The notes beneath the pieces are model-generated. The model had not been told where the DNA came from and ran no database searches. It saw only the letters and a list, made by a program, of their open reading frames with translations. Positions 40,491 to 51,137 of a stretch of 64,000 nt of DNA are shown piece by piece (position 1 is the first letter of the stretch; each line of letters begins with the position of its first letter). A program made the position numbers and the translations under genes. This stretch comes from Alphaproteobacteria bacterium. Lineage in GTDB: Bacteria; Pseudomonadota; Alphaproteobacteria; UBA828. Where the stretch lies: assembly GCA_965221125.1 (NCBI GenBank), contig CBDCRW010000004.1:992001-1056000 (forward strand). Reading direction: 5' to 3'.

Positions 40491-43417
40491 GGTGCTGCCG
40501 CACAGTCATTTTCATCGCGTTGCTGGGCGGCGTATCCGTAATAGCGGCCGTGCTCGTTATGAGCGTCGTCCTTCCGGCCGGGCGGAGCCAGGCGGCAGAA
40601 CCGGTGCTTCAGGCCGCGTCTGTGCAGGCCGTGCCTGTCCGGGCTGCGCCTGTCCGGGCTGCGCCTGTCCGGGCTGCGCCTGTCCGGGCTGCGCCTGTCC
40701 GGGCTGCGCCTGTCCGGGCTGCGCCTGTCCGGGCTGCGCCTGTCCGGGCTGCGCCTGTCCGGGCTGCGCCTGTCCGGGCTGCGCCTGTGCCGGTGGTCGA
40801 GGAAGGGACGAAACAGGTTCTGGTGCTTGCGGCCGCGCGGTCTCTGCCGGCGGGTACGGTGCTGGCGGGCGAGCATCTCACCGGGATCGGCATCGCGGCC
40901 GACCTGGTCGGGCACGGACACATCCGGGTGGACAACCTCGACGGGGACAAAGCGCCCTACGGCTACGCGGTGCGAGAAGCGATCGCTACGGGCGCGCCGT
41001 TGACGTGGCTCTCCCTGGTGGGGCCCCGGCGAGAGGGCTTTCTTGCGGCGGTACTGAAGCCCGGCATGCGGGCCGTCACCGTAACGCTCGGGCCTGCCAC
41101 GGTTGGTTCCGGGATTGTCGAGCCGAGCGATCGCGTGGACGTGATCCTGGCGTCGCATTCGCGCGATAGCGGTGAGGGGAGCGTGCTGGCGCGAAGGTTG
41201 CTGGAGGACGTGCGCGTCGTGGCCGTGGACCGGCGGATCGTCGTCGGCACGGCCGACGCGTCCGCACCCGGGGACAAGATCGAGCGCGGGGAGATCGTGA
41301 CCGCGACGCTGGAGGTCCTGCCCTCTCAGACAGGCCTTCTCGGCCTGGGCGAGCTCGAGGGCGAGCTCTCGCTTGTCGCACGCCCGCCGGCGGCCGGCGG
41401 CGAGCGCGTCCAGGCGCTCGATGCGATCAACGCGCAGCGCCCGCCGGTGCTGGCGGAGGAAGTCGTTAAACAGATGAGCCTGCAGCAGACCGTCCGGGTC
41501 ATGCGCGGCAGCGCGGTCGATCATGTCGTGTTTGGAAATGACCTGAAATCCGCCGCGCCGGCTGCCGGACCGCAGCATGCGCTTGTGGCCGAAGATCCCG
41601 GTTCCGGCGGTGTCCAGATGCGGCGGATGGCCGGCGGCACCACTCCTTCAGTCGAGGCCGACCCCGCAGTCGTCACGGAGGATTGGCCCGGACTTGCGGC
41701 GGCCGCGCTCACGGAAGCCGGACCGATCGAAAATGGGCTGGATGCAGGAGCGGAACTCGAGCACGTGCCCGAGCTCGAACCGGTTCTTCCCGTCCTCGAC
41801 GTTGCTACCGAGGCACGGTCCCCTCGCGGGGCCGTGCAGACGGGCGCGGCGGAGCGGGCGGCGACCGCGGAGCTCGCCCTCACCGCCCCCACGGAACACT
41901 TGCCGGACGAGAGCGGCCAGCCCGCCGCGTTGAGTGTCGGAGAGCTGCGCACACCATCGGCAGCGGAGGCCGATCCCGGGAGCGTGCTCGTGCAGAGCCT
42001 CGCCGGCGGCATCGCGCTCCCCGGCGCGGCGGCTGCGACGGAGGAGCCGCCGGAGCCGGAAGCCGCCGCGCTTGCGGAAGCGGCTGACTGGTCCTCCCTG
42101 TCGGAAAGCGCGCCAGATGAGCACGCGCCGCCTCTTGCGCTCGGTCTTGAGCGACCGAATTCAATTCCGGCGGCGGCTCCCGATGCCGCGGCAGGCAGCA
42201 TTCTGCTGCCGGCGCGCAGAGCGGTTCCGGCCGATGCGACCGACTCGGCAGCTGCTGCCGGGCTTGCGGCGGATTTGCTTGGGAAGCGCACCCCGGCGCA
42301 GCATGACCTGGCGGCGGAACCGAGGCGCGAGCCCTCGCGCACGGACCGGGTGGATCGGCCGGATCGCCAAGGCGTTGCGGCGGAGCGGAGAGACCTTGAT
42401 CCGACGGCAGCCGAGCAGGCGGCGGAAGCTGCCGTCTCGTCGCTGCCGTGGGCCATGCTGTCGGCGAACGGCGCCACGATCGCCGGCGGCGGTGCCTTGC
42501 TGCTCGGCTGGACGGGAGCCTTCCTGTGGCTGCGGCGGCAGAACAAGGCCCTGCGCAGTCGGCTGCAATCGGTGAGCGCGCCCCTCACCGGTCATGGCGC
42601 GGTGGAGCAGATAGCGCCGGAAGAGAGCATCTTCCGCCCGAGGCGCCCCGATTCCCGGTTGTCGTGGCTGTGGCGGCGGCTCGAGAGGCGCTATCCGCTG
42701 ATCGACGCGCCGCAGGTGTTTCCGCGCCTTCTGGGGGTCGGCGTGCTGGCAGCCGCCCTGGTCTGGGCGGGCATGTGGGTGATGGGAATGCCGGGCGCAG
42801 TGTCGCCTCTCGCTGCCGCCATCGGAGGCTTTGCCGGCGCCTGGTTTTTCCTGGGGCGGGTCCAGACGCGTAAGGAAACCCAGTTCGTCCAGCAGTTCCC
42901 GGAAGTCGTGGACCAGATCGTGCGGCTGTCGGGTGCCGGCCTGCCGCCGCTGGAGGCGCTGGGCAAGGTCGCCGAGGACGCGCAAGAACCGGTGAAGGGA
43001 GTTCTGGAAGAGGTCTCGGATGCGCTTCTGGCCGGTCTGGACGCCGACACCGCGCTGGGGATGGTTGCCGGCCGGGTGCGGCTGGCGGAGTTCACTCTGT
43101 TCGCCGCGGTGATCCGCCTGCAGCGCCGGGCGGGGGGCAGCATCTCCGGGGCGTTCTCGAACCTTTCGAACACGCTGCGCGCTCGGCGCGCGACGGCGCT
43201 GAAGGCGAAGGCGTCGACGGCGCAGACGCGGCTCACGCTGCTGGTGCTCATGCTGATGCCGCCTCTGGTGTTGGGCGCGCAGAGCATGACCTCACCTGGC
43301 TCGGTCGACCTGCTGTTCAACTCGGAAGATGGGCAGACTCTGCTGCAGCTTGGCGTGGGCCTGATCGTTGTCGGCCTGATCGTGGCGCGCCAGATCGCTG
43401 CCCGGGGCGCGAAGTAG
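40487..43417 (+). CDS. CpaB(RcpC)-linker-TadB fusion protein
   Basis: GTG overlaps the cpaF stop. N-part: SAF/RcpC motifs [37 protein letters not shown]-part: T2SSF motifs [27 protein letters not shown]. One open frame. Confidence 0.88.
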   Translation: MRCCRTVIFIALLGGVSVIAAVLVMSVVLPAGRSQAAEPVLQAASVQAVPVRAAPVRAAPVRAAPVRAAPVRAAPVRAAPVRAAPVRAAPVRAAPVRAAPVPVVEEGTKQVLVLAAARSLPAGTVLAGEHLTGIGIAADLVGHGHIRVDNLDGDKAPYGYAVREAIATGAPLTWLSLVGPRREGFLAAVLKPGMRAVTVTLGPATVGSGIVEPSDRVDVILASHSRDSGEGSVLARRLLEDVRVVAVDRRIVVGTADASAPGDKIERGEIVTATLEVLPSQTGLLGLGELEGELSLVARPPAAGGERVQALDAINAQRPPVLAEEVVKQMSLQQTVRVMRGSAVDHVVFGNDLKSAAPAAGPQHALVAEDPGSGGVQMRRMAGGTTPSVEADPAVVTEDWPGLAAAALTEAGPIENGLDAGAELEHVPELEPVLPVLDVATEARSPRGAVQTGAAERAATAELALTAPTEHLPDESGQPAALSVGELRTPSAAEADPGSVLVQSLAGGIALPGAAAATEEPPEPEAAALAEAADWSSLSESAPDEHAPPLALGLERPNSIPAAAPDAAAGSILLPARRAVPADATDSAAAAGLAADLLGKRTPAQHDLAAEPRREPSRTDRVDRPDRQGVAAERRDLDPTAAEQAAEAAVSSLPWAMLSANGATIAGGGALLLGWTGAFLWLRRQNKALRSRLQSVSAPLTGHGAVEQIAPEESIFRPRRPDSRLSWLWRRLERRYPLIDAPQVFPRLLGVGVLAAALVWAGMWVMGMPGAVSPLAAAIGGFAGAWFFLGRVQTRKETQFVQQFPEVVDQIVRLSGAGLPPLEALGKVAEDAQEPVKGVLEEVSDALLAGLDADTALGMVAGRVRLAEFTLFAAVIRLQRRAGGSISGAFSNLSNTLRARRATALKAKASTAQTRLTLLVLMLMPPLVLGAQSMTSPGSVDLLFNSEDGQTLLQLGVGLIVVGLIVARQIAARGAK
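40633..40788 (+). repeat. Perfect 15-bp tandem repeat x10 encoding (PVRAA)10
   Basis: gcctgtccgggctgc repeated 10 times without mismatch, plus 6 nt. Confidence 0.95.
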
Positions 43418-43434
43418 GCCGGGGAGGAGTTGAG

Positions 43435-44430
43435 ATGACGTCTTCGATGATTGTGCTGGCGGGCGTTGCGACCAGCGGGGTGGTGCTGATCCTGCTTGCT
43501 CCCCTCATCTTCGGGGAGACGCAGCGGGCGCGGCTTCTCGACCGGCGTCTCGCGATGGCGCGGCGGGAGGCGATGCGTGCGGTGCCGGGCTCTGGCGCCT
43601 CGGCGGTGGCTGCGGTGCAGCTTCGCTCCTTCGGACCGGCACTGCTCCAGGCGCTCTCGATGTTGGTTCCGGTGGGCGCACGGGAGCGTGAGAAGCTTAC
43701 GCGTACCTTGCGCCTTGCCGGGTTTGCGCGTCATGACGCGCTCTCGCTGTTCCTCTCGTGCAAGCTTGCCAGCAGCGTGCTCGGCGCCGGTCTCGCCGCC
43801 TTTGCCGCGCAGGCCATCGGTCCCGTGCTCGCGTTCCTTCCTCATGGCGCCCTTGTCGCGGTTGCGGGCGTGGCCGGGTTCGCAATCGGCGGCATCGTGC
43901 CCGAGTACGGAGTGCGCTCCCTGGTGAGCCGCCGGCAGCGCAGGATGAGCAGCGCGCTCCCCGATGCCCTCGACCTGATGACCATGTGCCTGGAGTCGGG
44001 TCTTACCTTCGAGCGGGCGCTCGCGACGGTGGCGGAAGAGCTGACCCCGATAGAGCCCGATCTGGCGGCCGAGTTCCGCGTCATCGAAGCGGAGCTGCGC
44101 GTCGGCGCCAATCGCCGCTCGGTGCTCCAGGCCTACCAGGAGCGCACCGACATCGAGGGTCTGAAGGATCTCGCGATGAGCCTGATCCAGGGCGACCGCT
44201 ACGGCACGCCGCTTACCCAGTCGATGAAGAACATCGCGGAGGGCGAGCGCGTGCAGCGTGCGGCCCGCATCTCGGCATGGGCGTCCAAGCTGCCGGTGTT
44301 GATGACGCTCCCCATGCTGCTGCTGGTGATGCCGGGGATCATGCTCCTGGTGGCGGGCCCCGGGGTGCTCTCGGCGATGAAGGCGCTCAGCGGACTGAGC
44401 TCTATTGGAGGCGGACCCAGTGTTGAATGA
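43435..44430 (+). CDS. tadC: Tad inner-membrane platform protein TadC
   Basis: LPDALDLMTMCLESGL, LIQGDRYGTPL, KLPVLMTLPM. Confidence 0.92.
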   Translation: MTSSMIVLAGVATSGVVLILLAPLIFGETQRARLLDRRLAMARREAMRAVPGSGASAVAAVQLRSFGPALLQALSMLVPVGAREREKLTRTLRLAGFARHDALSLFLSCKLASSVLGAGLAAFAAQAIGPVLAFLPHGALVAVAGVAGFAIGGIVPEYGVRSLVSRRQRRMSSALPDALDLMTMCLESGLTFERALATVAEELTPIEPDLAAEFRVIEAELRVGANRRSVLQAYQERTDIEGLKDLAMSLIQGDRYGTPLTQSMKNIAEGERVQRAARISAWASKLPVLMTLPMLLLVMPGIMLLVAGPGVLSAMKALSGLSSIGGGPSVE

Positions 44431-44431
44431 G

Positions 44432-45385
44432 ATGCGCATAGAGTCCCTTCTGTTCTTCGCGGCTACCGGGCTGGCTGCCTTGCTGCTCGCCGCCGGCGTG
44501 CATGCGGAGGAGCCGATCAAGCCGATTCCGGAGGCCGTGAACGTGAACCCGTTCAAGGTCGAGCTGGGCCGCTCGCTCTTCCACGACACTATCCTGTCCA
44601 AGGATGACACCATCGCGTGCGCGAGCTGCCACGAGCTCGCGAGCGGCGGCGACGACGGGCTCCGGGTCTCGATCGGGATCGAGGGCCGGGAGGGCCCGAT
44701 CAACTCGCCCACGGTGTTCAACTCAGCCTTCAACTTCAAGCAGTTCTGGGACGGGCGTGCCAGGGACCTCGAGGCCCAGATCGACGGGCCCATCCAGAAC
44801 CCTGTGGAGATGGGCAACCTCTGGCCCGACGTGGTCTCCAAGCTCTACCAGGACAGCGACTACCCGGCGCAGTTCAACGCGATCTACGCGGACGGCATCA
44901 ACCGCAAGAACGTCAAGAACGCGATCGCCGAGTACTTGAAGTCCCTGATCACGCCCAACAGCCGCTTCGACCAGTGGCTCAAGGGCAACGAGAGCGCGCT
45001 GACGGACTACGAGAAGCACGGCTACGCGCTCTTCAAGGACTACGGCTGCTCCTCGTGCCACCAGGGCGCGAACGTGGGCGGCAACATGTTCCAGGTCTTC
45101 GGCGTGCTGAACGACTACTTCAAGCGGAGGGGCGACATCACCGACGCGGACCTCGGCCGCTACAACGTCACCGGCAACGAAGAAGACCGCCACTCGTTCA
45201 AGGTGCCCAGCCTGCGGATGGCGGCCCACACGGCTCCTTATCTCCATGACGGCAGCGCGGAGACGCTGCGGGACGCGGTCGACGCGATGTTCGAGTTCCA
45301 GCTCGGACGCGAGGCGCCCGACGAAGACAAGGACGCCATCGTCGCTTTCATCAAGACCCTGGCGGGCGAATCGGAGGAGTTCTGA
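44432..45385 (+). CDS. Di-heme cytochrome c peroxidase / MauG family protein
   Basis: Signal peptide; CASCH and CSSCH; NSPTVFN, QFWDGRA, FKVPSLR, TAPYLHDG. Confidence 0.93.
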   Translation: MRIESLLFFAATGLAALLLAAGVHAEEPIKPIPEAVNVNPFKVELGRSLFHDTILSKDDTIACASCHELASGGDDGLRVSIGIEGREGPINSPTVFNSAFNFKQFWDGRARDLEAQIDGPIQNPVEMGNLWPDVVSKLYQDSDYPAQFNAIYADGINRKNVKNAIAEYLKSLITPNSRFDQWLKGNESALTDYEKHGYALFKDYGCSSCHQGANVGGNMFQVFGVLNDYFKRRGDITDADLGRYNVTGNEEDRHSFKVPSLRMAAHTAPYLHDGSAETLRDAVDAMFEFQLGREAPDEDKDAIVAFIKTLAGESEEF

Positions 45386-45387
45386 CC

Positions 45388-47142
45388 ATGAAACCTGGCG
45401 CGCTCATACTAGGCGCAGTCGTCTCCGTCATCCTGCTGGCGGTGGCGGGCGTCCTCTACATGATGGCCAACGACAGCGGCGAAGAGGACTACCGCAGCTC
45501 AATCGCGGCGGTACAGCAGATCCAGCGGCTATCGTCCGACTGGAGCATCGAGGTCAGCCGGGTCAGGTCCGACCCGCTTGCGGACTTCGACTCCCTTGCC
45601 GCCTTCATTCCGCGCATGGAGCGGCTCAAGGGAGAGTTGTCAGCGACCGCGAGCCGCATTCCCGATCTCCCGGATCGCCTCGCCAACGCCGTCAACGCCT
45701 ACATCAGCGCCGTCGACGCCAAGGAAGAGCGCGTCGAGCGCTTCAAGACGGGCTATGCGGTCGTGCGCAACTCCGAGAGATACCTCCCGCTCGCGGCATC
45801 CAACGTGGTGCGGCTAGCCGAGGAGGCCGGAGAGGGAGGGCTGGCACGGCGCGTCTCCGGCCTGGTTCAGGAGATGGATCTCTACCTGACCTCGCCGAAC
45901 GAGACGGCGCAGGAAAGACTGGTGGGCGAGATCGAGGAGCTTCGTGCCGAGAGCGTCACCTACCCGCCGGCCCTCTCCAACACGCTGAGCAACCTAATCT
46001 CCCATGCCGAGGTGCTTCTCGCGAAGCAGGCCCCCACGGAGGAGCTATTCGCGGAGGCGACCTCGAACAATATCTCCGGGATGACCGACGAGCTGGTCAA
46101 CAACCTGCAGTTCGAGCTCGGCAGGTCGCAGGCGCAGCTGGCCTTTTACGACCGGGGGATGCTGATCGTCATCGCGCTGCTGGCGCTGTTCTGGATCCTG
46201 CTTGCGCTGCACCAGAGGCGGCGGGGCGGAGCGGAGACCGCGCCGGTTGCGGAGGCACCTGCCTATGCCGCTGTTGCGCCGGGCGCCGCGCCTGTGCACG
46301 CCGCAGCGAACGGCTCCGCCGAGCCGGCCGCTCCGGCTCCGGCGGCGCACTCTGCACCCGCGCCGGCGCCCGTGCCCATGCCTGCAGAGCCCGACCTCGA
46401 AGAGGCAACGGTCAGGGGCTTCGTGGTCAAGTCGGCCGCCGGCACGCTTTCCGCGGCGGCGGACCAGATCACTGCCCGCATGGACTACCTGCGCCAGACC
46501 CGCCAGCACCTGCAGAACGCGCTGGACAATAGCGACACACTTGCCGACCTGCCCGACGGCATCGACCTCGACGAGGAGATGGCGGCCCTCGCCGACATCT
46601 CGACGAGTATCCGTCAGGAGGCCGCCGGCATCGCCGGTCTGGCGAAACGCCTCGAGACCGTGGCGGCGCTGCCCAACAGCGAGGTGCGGCGCAGCATGAC
46701 CGATGTCAACGCCTGTATCGAGGAGGCGATCGAGGCGTGCGGGCCGACGGCGGCGAAGGTGATCTCGAAGCGGCTGGGCGACGTTCCCGAGATCCTCGCG
46801 TCGCGGGCGGAGCTGCGCCTTCTGCTCAAGAAGATCGTCGAGAACTCGGTGCGCGCCGTGGACGGGCTCGACGGGCGCGAGGGTGTCGTCAGGATCGACA
46901 CGGCGCGCAAGGACGACGAGATCGTGATCACGGTAATCGACAACGGCAACGGGATCGCGGCCGAGAAGCGCATGAACATCTTCCGGCCGTTCTACACCTC
47001 GCATGAGGATGCCATGGGGATCGGCCTCTCGCTGGCCGGCCACCTGGCGAAGAAGTACGAGGGCGTGATCAAGATCAACTCGCTGCCGGGGCAGGGAACC
47101 GTGGCTCAGATCACGCTCCCGGCCGGCGTGCCGAGTCCGTGA
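45388..47142 (+). CDS. Membrane sensor with helical (DAHL-like) periplasmic domain and HATPase_c domain, H-box degenerate
   Basis: Two TM helices around a helical domain (VERFKTGYAVVRNSERYLP); N, G1, F and G2 boxes present (VENSVRA, DNGNG, FRPFYTS, MGIGLS); no His in the expected dimerisation helix. Confidence 0.78.
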   Translation: MKPGALILGAVVSVILLAVAGVLYMMANDSGEEDYRSSIAAVQQIQRLSSDWSIEVSRVRSDPLADFDSLAAFIPRMERLKGELSATASRIPDLPDRLANAVNAYISAVDAKEERVERFKTGYAVVRNSERYLPLAASNVVRLAEEAGEGGLARRVSGLVQEMDLYLTSPNETAQERLVGEIEELRAESVTYPPALSNTLSNLISHAEVLLAKQAPTEELFAEATSNNISGMTDELVNNLQFELGRSQAQLAFYDRGMLIVIALLALFWILLALHQRRRGGAETAPVAEAPAYAAVAPGAAPVHAAANGSAEPAAPAPAAHSAPAPAPVPMPAEPDLEEATVRGFVVKSAAGTLSAAADQITARMDYLRQTRQHLQNALDNSDTLADLPDGIDLDEEMAALADISTSIRQEAAGIAGLAKRLETVAALPNSEVRRSMTDVNACIEEAIEACGPTAAKVISKRLGDVPEILASRAELRLLLKKIVENSVRAVDGLDGREGVVRIDTARKDDEIVITVIDNGNGIAAEKRMNIFRPFYTSHEDAMGIGLSLAGHLAKKYEGVIKINSLPGQGTVAQITLPAGVPSP

Positions 47143-47233
47143 GACACGGGCCCCGGGAAATGCCAAGGACATCGATCCGCCGTTGCACCATGACCGGCGC
47201 CGCGGCACATCGGATCGAGAACGCGGGCGGAGC

Positions 47234-50200
47234 ATGAGAACGGAACGGAGCACGTTCGGTCGTTTGTCGGAGCGAAGCGGAGCCTCGACGGCACTGCGCG
47301 CGTTTTCAGGCGTGGTGACGCGGCGTGCGCGGTGCCTGTTTCCGCTCGTCGTCCTTGCAGCCATCGTGACCGCCGCCTGCGGCGGTGGTGAGCTTCGCAT
47401 CGCCAAGCCGGAGGGCGGTACAACACTCGAGTTCGATTTTCCGCCGGGGGAAGAGTGGACGCATCGATTGCCCACCATCTCCGGCGGGTTCCTTCCCTAT
47501 GAGACGAGCATCGAAGGCTGTCCTGACTGGGCGAGATTGCTCTTCCCCGACCAGAGATACCCTTCGCGACGCACTCTCGCGGGCATTGCCCCGGCCGAAG
47601 CAAGGGGCCAGCAATACCTGTGCACTTACCGCGTCACCGAGGCCGACCCCGGCTTCCGACCGCAGCGGAGCGTGACTTACGGCCTTCGTCTGGTTGTCGA
47701 GAGTGTTCCATCAGACCTGTCACTTCCGACGTATGTCGTGCCGGGGAATGTCCTGCGCCTCAGGGTAGGTAACCCCGTCAGCGAAACATTCAAAGAAGCA
47801 ACCGGGGGTGTGTGGCCTTACACCTATGAGCTTGAGTGCCCGGACCCTCCTCCTGGCACGTTACCTCCCACCAGCCCGCTTCCTCCCGGATTGGGGTTCG
47901 GCCAGGAGACCCGGGTTCTGTCCGGCACGCCGACGGCGGCCTATCAGGGTCCTAACTGCACCTACTCGGTGACGGACAGCGCGCAACCCCCCGCGACCGT
48001 CTCCAGGGCCGTCGAGGTCGAGGTCACGACCCCAAATCTTACTCTCGGCGATCCGGACGATATCAGCCTTTCCGTCGGCGAGTTGCACAATGACCCGCTT
48101 CCGGAGGCTACGGGTGGCGTCGAGCCCTACGCCTATTCATTAACCTGTGGCGGAGGGCAGTTGCCGTCGGGAATGGACTTCACGCCCGAGACCCGCAGGT
48201 TCGCCGGCACCCCGGACGGTCGCTTCCGCGATTCGTGCACCTACACGGTGACGGACAGCGCCGACGAATCGTTCTCGCGGGTCGTCCAGATCGAGGTAAC
48301 GGGTGATGGCCCCTCGCTTGAATTGGTGTCACCCATCAACCTTACCATCGGCGAGCGCAGCGACCGGTCCCTGCCTGCTGCCTCTGGTGGTGTTGCGCCC
48401 TACACATATTCGTTCACCTGCGCCGGGGGACAGCTGCCGTCGGGGATGAGTTTTGCGCCTTCGCCCCCCGTGTTCGCCGGCACCCCGGACGGTCGCTTCC
48501 GCGATTCGTGCACCTACACGGTGACGGACAGCGCCGACGAATCGTTCTCGAGGGTCGTCCAGGTGACTAGCGCGGCGGCATCGCCGCTGAGACTTTCCCT
48601 GCCCGTCGTACCAGGGAACGTCCTGCGCCTCAGGGTAGGCGAGCGCACCAGGATAACGTTGCAAGCAGCAACCGGGGGCGTGCAACCTTACACCTATGAA
48701 CTTCAGTGCCCCGACCCCGCTCCTGGCACGTTTCCCCCTCCCACCGTGCTCCCTCCCGGTTTGGGGTTCGGCCCGCAAACCCGGGTTCTGTCCGGCACAC
48801 CCGAGGTGGCCTATGGGGGCCCGGACTGCTCGTACCGAGTGACCGACAGCTCCAATCCTCCAGCAAGCGCCGCACGAAGCATTGCGCTCATCATTAGTCC
48901 CGAACGTGCAAAGTGGCGGTTCACCGAACGAAGCCTCGTACAGAGAGATCGAACCTTGGGCCGCAATAGTGATGCGGACCCGCAGGAGGTTCACGAACTG
49001 CCGGAAGCGACGGTCGAAGCAGGAACGCCGCCACAAGATACCGTCCCCATCTACCGGCTCCTGCGCGTCCACCCGCCGCTGCGGTTCGATCAGGACACCC
49101 GCCAGCTGGAGTACATGCATCCCGAGTCAGGCAATGATCCGGCGCACGGCGTCACCTCCACGTACCTTTATCAAGTCCTCTTCGGCAATACGGTCGACGA
49201 CACACTGTGTATCGATGTCAGCTTCCGCGACGAAGATGAGGATGATGAAGATGACCAGCTGATCGCGTCTGTCCGGATACGTGACGATGCGCACTGGGAT
49301 GGCGAGATGTGGAGGTGCCCGGCAGCACCCTTGCAGCCGTCGTCCGCTTCACTCCCGCCGGTCTCCAATCCCGTCCACACGGCGCTCGCGCCCGTGCATG
49401 CGCGCCGCGCCGTCGATGTCGCTCACACTGCCGTTCGAGACCAAGTTCGCAACTGGTCTTCCGGTGAGGCGCGCACGCTCACGGCCATTACCCCTGCGAT
49501 AGGCCTTGCGTCGCTGTCGGGCGAGAGCGGCGGCTTCGACTACAGCGGGACGAGCGAGGCTCTGAGCGCCGGAGCGGAGCTCGGAGCCGGCTCCTGGCAG
49601 GTGGGCGCGCTCGCTTCGTTTGTCCGAACCGGTCTTCACTACCGTGCCGAGGCGAGCCTAGCCCAACACGGCTACCTTACCGGCGAACACGACACGGAAT
49701 TCCTGTCCCTGCATCCGTTCGCCGCGTGGCACGCCTCGTCGGGCGGCCATGTCTGGGTATCTTTCGGTGCCGGGTTGGGCGAGCTGCGCCACCGTGACGA
49801 TCTCGGTTTCCCGTCCTGGTCGCGCTCCGACGTGCGCCTTCTCAGCTATGCTGCGGGCGCCTCCGTTCCGGTTGCCGACATGCTGACCGGAGAGCTTCAG
49901 GCCGAAGCGGGCATCGAGGCCTTCTCCCTGGAGATCGAGGGCGGCGGCAACATATCCTCGTCCCTGCCCACGATGCGCGGCCGCGACTATCGTGCCGGCT
50001 TGGCGTGGAGCGCGCCTCTCTCAGGCTCACCTTCGATATCCATGGCCTACAGGCACCTGACCGGTGATGGGGCCGATGGCGGGTCGCTGGAGGCAGAGGG
50101 CTCTTTCTCGGTTGCAGGAGTGTTCGATCCCCGCCTCACCCTGACGGGGAGTGTCGAGGCTTCGTTCGGTCTCGGCGAGAACGACCAGGACCTCTGGGGC

Positions 50201-50521
50201 CTCGGCGCCGGCCTTCGTTTCGCTCCTGACGGCCTCGGTCGAGGCTTCGGGCTGGGCGTTGAGACTCGTCTCCGGTCCTTAACCCACGAGCAATCTCCCA
50301 GCGTGAGCATTCACGGCGAGGCCGGCTACGGGTTGGGGGGGGGACCGTTCGGGACGATACGGCCGTACTTTGGCGTGGTTGGCGAATCGCGCCGCCAGTC
50401 TGTCCAGCCAACCCTGGGTGTCGCACTCCGAGAGACACCGGATTTGGTGGCGAAAGTCGAATTTCGCGAACGTCCGGCAATCGACCGTGCACTCATGTTC
50501 ACGCTTTGGCACCGACTGTGA
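47234..50521 (+). CDS. Autotransporter-like adhesin with five putative Ig (He_PIG-like) repeats
   Basis: Lipobox-like VTAAC; repeats ATGGVxPY...LPxG...GTP...CTYTVTDS; C-terminal ~370 aa of amphipathic beta-strands. Start uncertain. Confidence 0.78.
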   Translation: MRTERSTFGRLSERSGASTALRAFSGVVTRRARCLFPLVVLAAIVTAACGGGELRIAKPEGGTTLEFDFPPGEEWTHRLPTISGGFLPYETSIEGCPDWARLLFPDQRYPSRRTLAGIAPAEARGQQYLCTYRVTEADPGFRPQRSVTYGLRLVVESVPSDLSLPTYVVPGNVLRLRVGNPVSETFKEATGGVWPYTYELECPDPPPGTLPPTSPLPPGLGFGQETRVLSGTPTAAYQGPNCTYSVTDSAQPPATVSRAVEVEVTTPNLTLGDPDDISLSVGELHNDPLPEATGGVEPYAYSLTCGGGQLPSGMDFTPETRRFAGTPDGRFRDSCTYTVTDSADESFSRVVQIEVTGDGPSLELVSPINLTIGERSDRSLPAASGGVAPYTYSFTCAGGQLPSGMSFAPSPPVFAGTPDGRFRDSCTYTVTDSADESFSRVVQVTSAAASPLRLSLPVVPGNVLRLRVGERTRITLQAATGGVQPYTYELQCPDPAPGTFPPPTVLPPGLGFGPQTRVLSGTPEVAYGGPDCSYRVTDSSNPPASAARSIALIISPERAKWRFTERSLVQRDRTLGRNSDADPQEVHELPEATVEAGTPPQDTVPIYRLLRVHPPLRFDQDTRQLEYMHPESGNDPAHGVTSTYLYQVLFGNTVDDTLCIDVSFRDEDEDDEDDQLIASVRIRDDAHWDGEMWRCPAAPLQPSSASLPPVSNPVHTALAPVHARRAVDVAHTAVRDQVRNWSSGEARTLTAITPAIGLASLSGESGGFDYSGTSEALSAGAELGAGSWQVGALASFVRTGLHYRAEASLAQHGYLTGEHDTEFLSLHPFAAWHASSGGHVWVSFGAGLGELRHRDDLGFPSWSRSDVRLLSYAAGASVPVADMLTGELQAEAGIEAFSLEIEGGGNISSSLPTMRGRDYRAGLAWSAPLSGSPSISMAYRHLTGDGADGGSLEAEGSFSVAGVFDPRLTLTGSVEASFGLGENDQDLWGLGAGLRFAPDGLGRGFGLGVETRLRSLTHEQSPSVSIHGEAGYGLGGGPFGTIRPYFGVVGESRRQSVQPTLGVALRETPDLVAKVEFRERPAIDRALMFTLWHRL

Positions 50522-50645
50522 TGCCGGCACTCGTGCACCTGATCCAGCCTTGTGCCGGCGGACGGATCCGCCGGGCGATCGCCGCGTTCGGCGCGAAGCC
50601 TGCCGAATCCGGTTCGCAGTCGCATGGAAATAGTTGAGGAGACAC

Positions 50646-51119
50646 ATGGCCGACGTGGTCGTCCATATCGCAGAGGCTGCGGCGTGTGCTTTGTTCGCCG
50701 CGAGCGTCGCTACCGATGTGCGCCGCCGCGAGGTTCCGAACGCCGTTCCTCTTCTGCTGCTCGGCCTCTTTGCGGTCTACGCGGCAGCGGGCGCGGTGAG
50801 GCCTCTTGGGGACCTTTGGCAGCACATTGCGGTCGGCGCGATCATTCTCGCCGCCGGGTTCGGTCTCTTTCTGACGGGGCGCTTCGGAGCCGGAGATGCC
50901 AAGCTGTTCGCCGTGGCCGGTGTCTGGATCGGTCCTGCGCTCTCCCACCTGACCCTCTTCCTGTTCGGCATGGCGGCGTTCGCGCTGGCGCTCGTCGTGG
51001 CCGCCCTTCTGCCCTTCGAGAGGATGCGGCGCATGCGCAAGGAGCTGCCGTTCGCGGTCGCGATCGCCCCGCCGGCCGTGATCGTCCTGGCTCTGCGGGC
51101 GCTCTCGGACGGGATATGA
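50646..51119 (+). CDS. cpaA: Prepilin peptidase CpaA/TadV (A24 family)
   Basis: TDVRRREVPN, FGAGDAKL, LPFAVAI; hydrophobic. Confidence 0.93.
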   Translation: MADVVVHIAEAAACALFAASVATDVRRREVPNAVPLLLLGLFAVYAAAGAVRPLGDLWQHIAVGAIILAAGFGLFLTGRFGAGDAKLFAVAGVWIGPALSHLTLFLFGMAAFALALVVAALLPFERMRRMRKELPFAVAIAPPAVIVLALRALSDGI

Positions 51120-51137
51120 GCGCGAGGAATCGCTGAC

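Noticed and set aside
40492-41169. ORF with (GCACP)n, resembling a metallothionein or RiPP precursor
   Set aside because: Alternative frame of the 15-bp VNTR inside the CpaB-TadB gene; no independent RBS or context.
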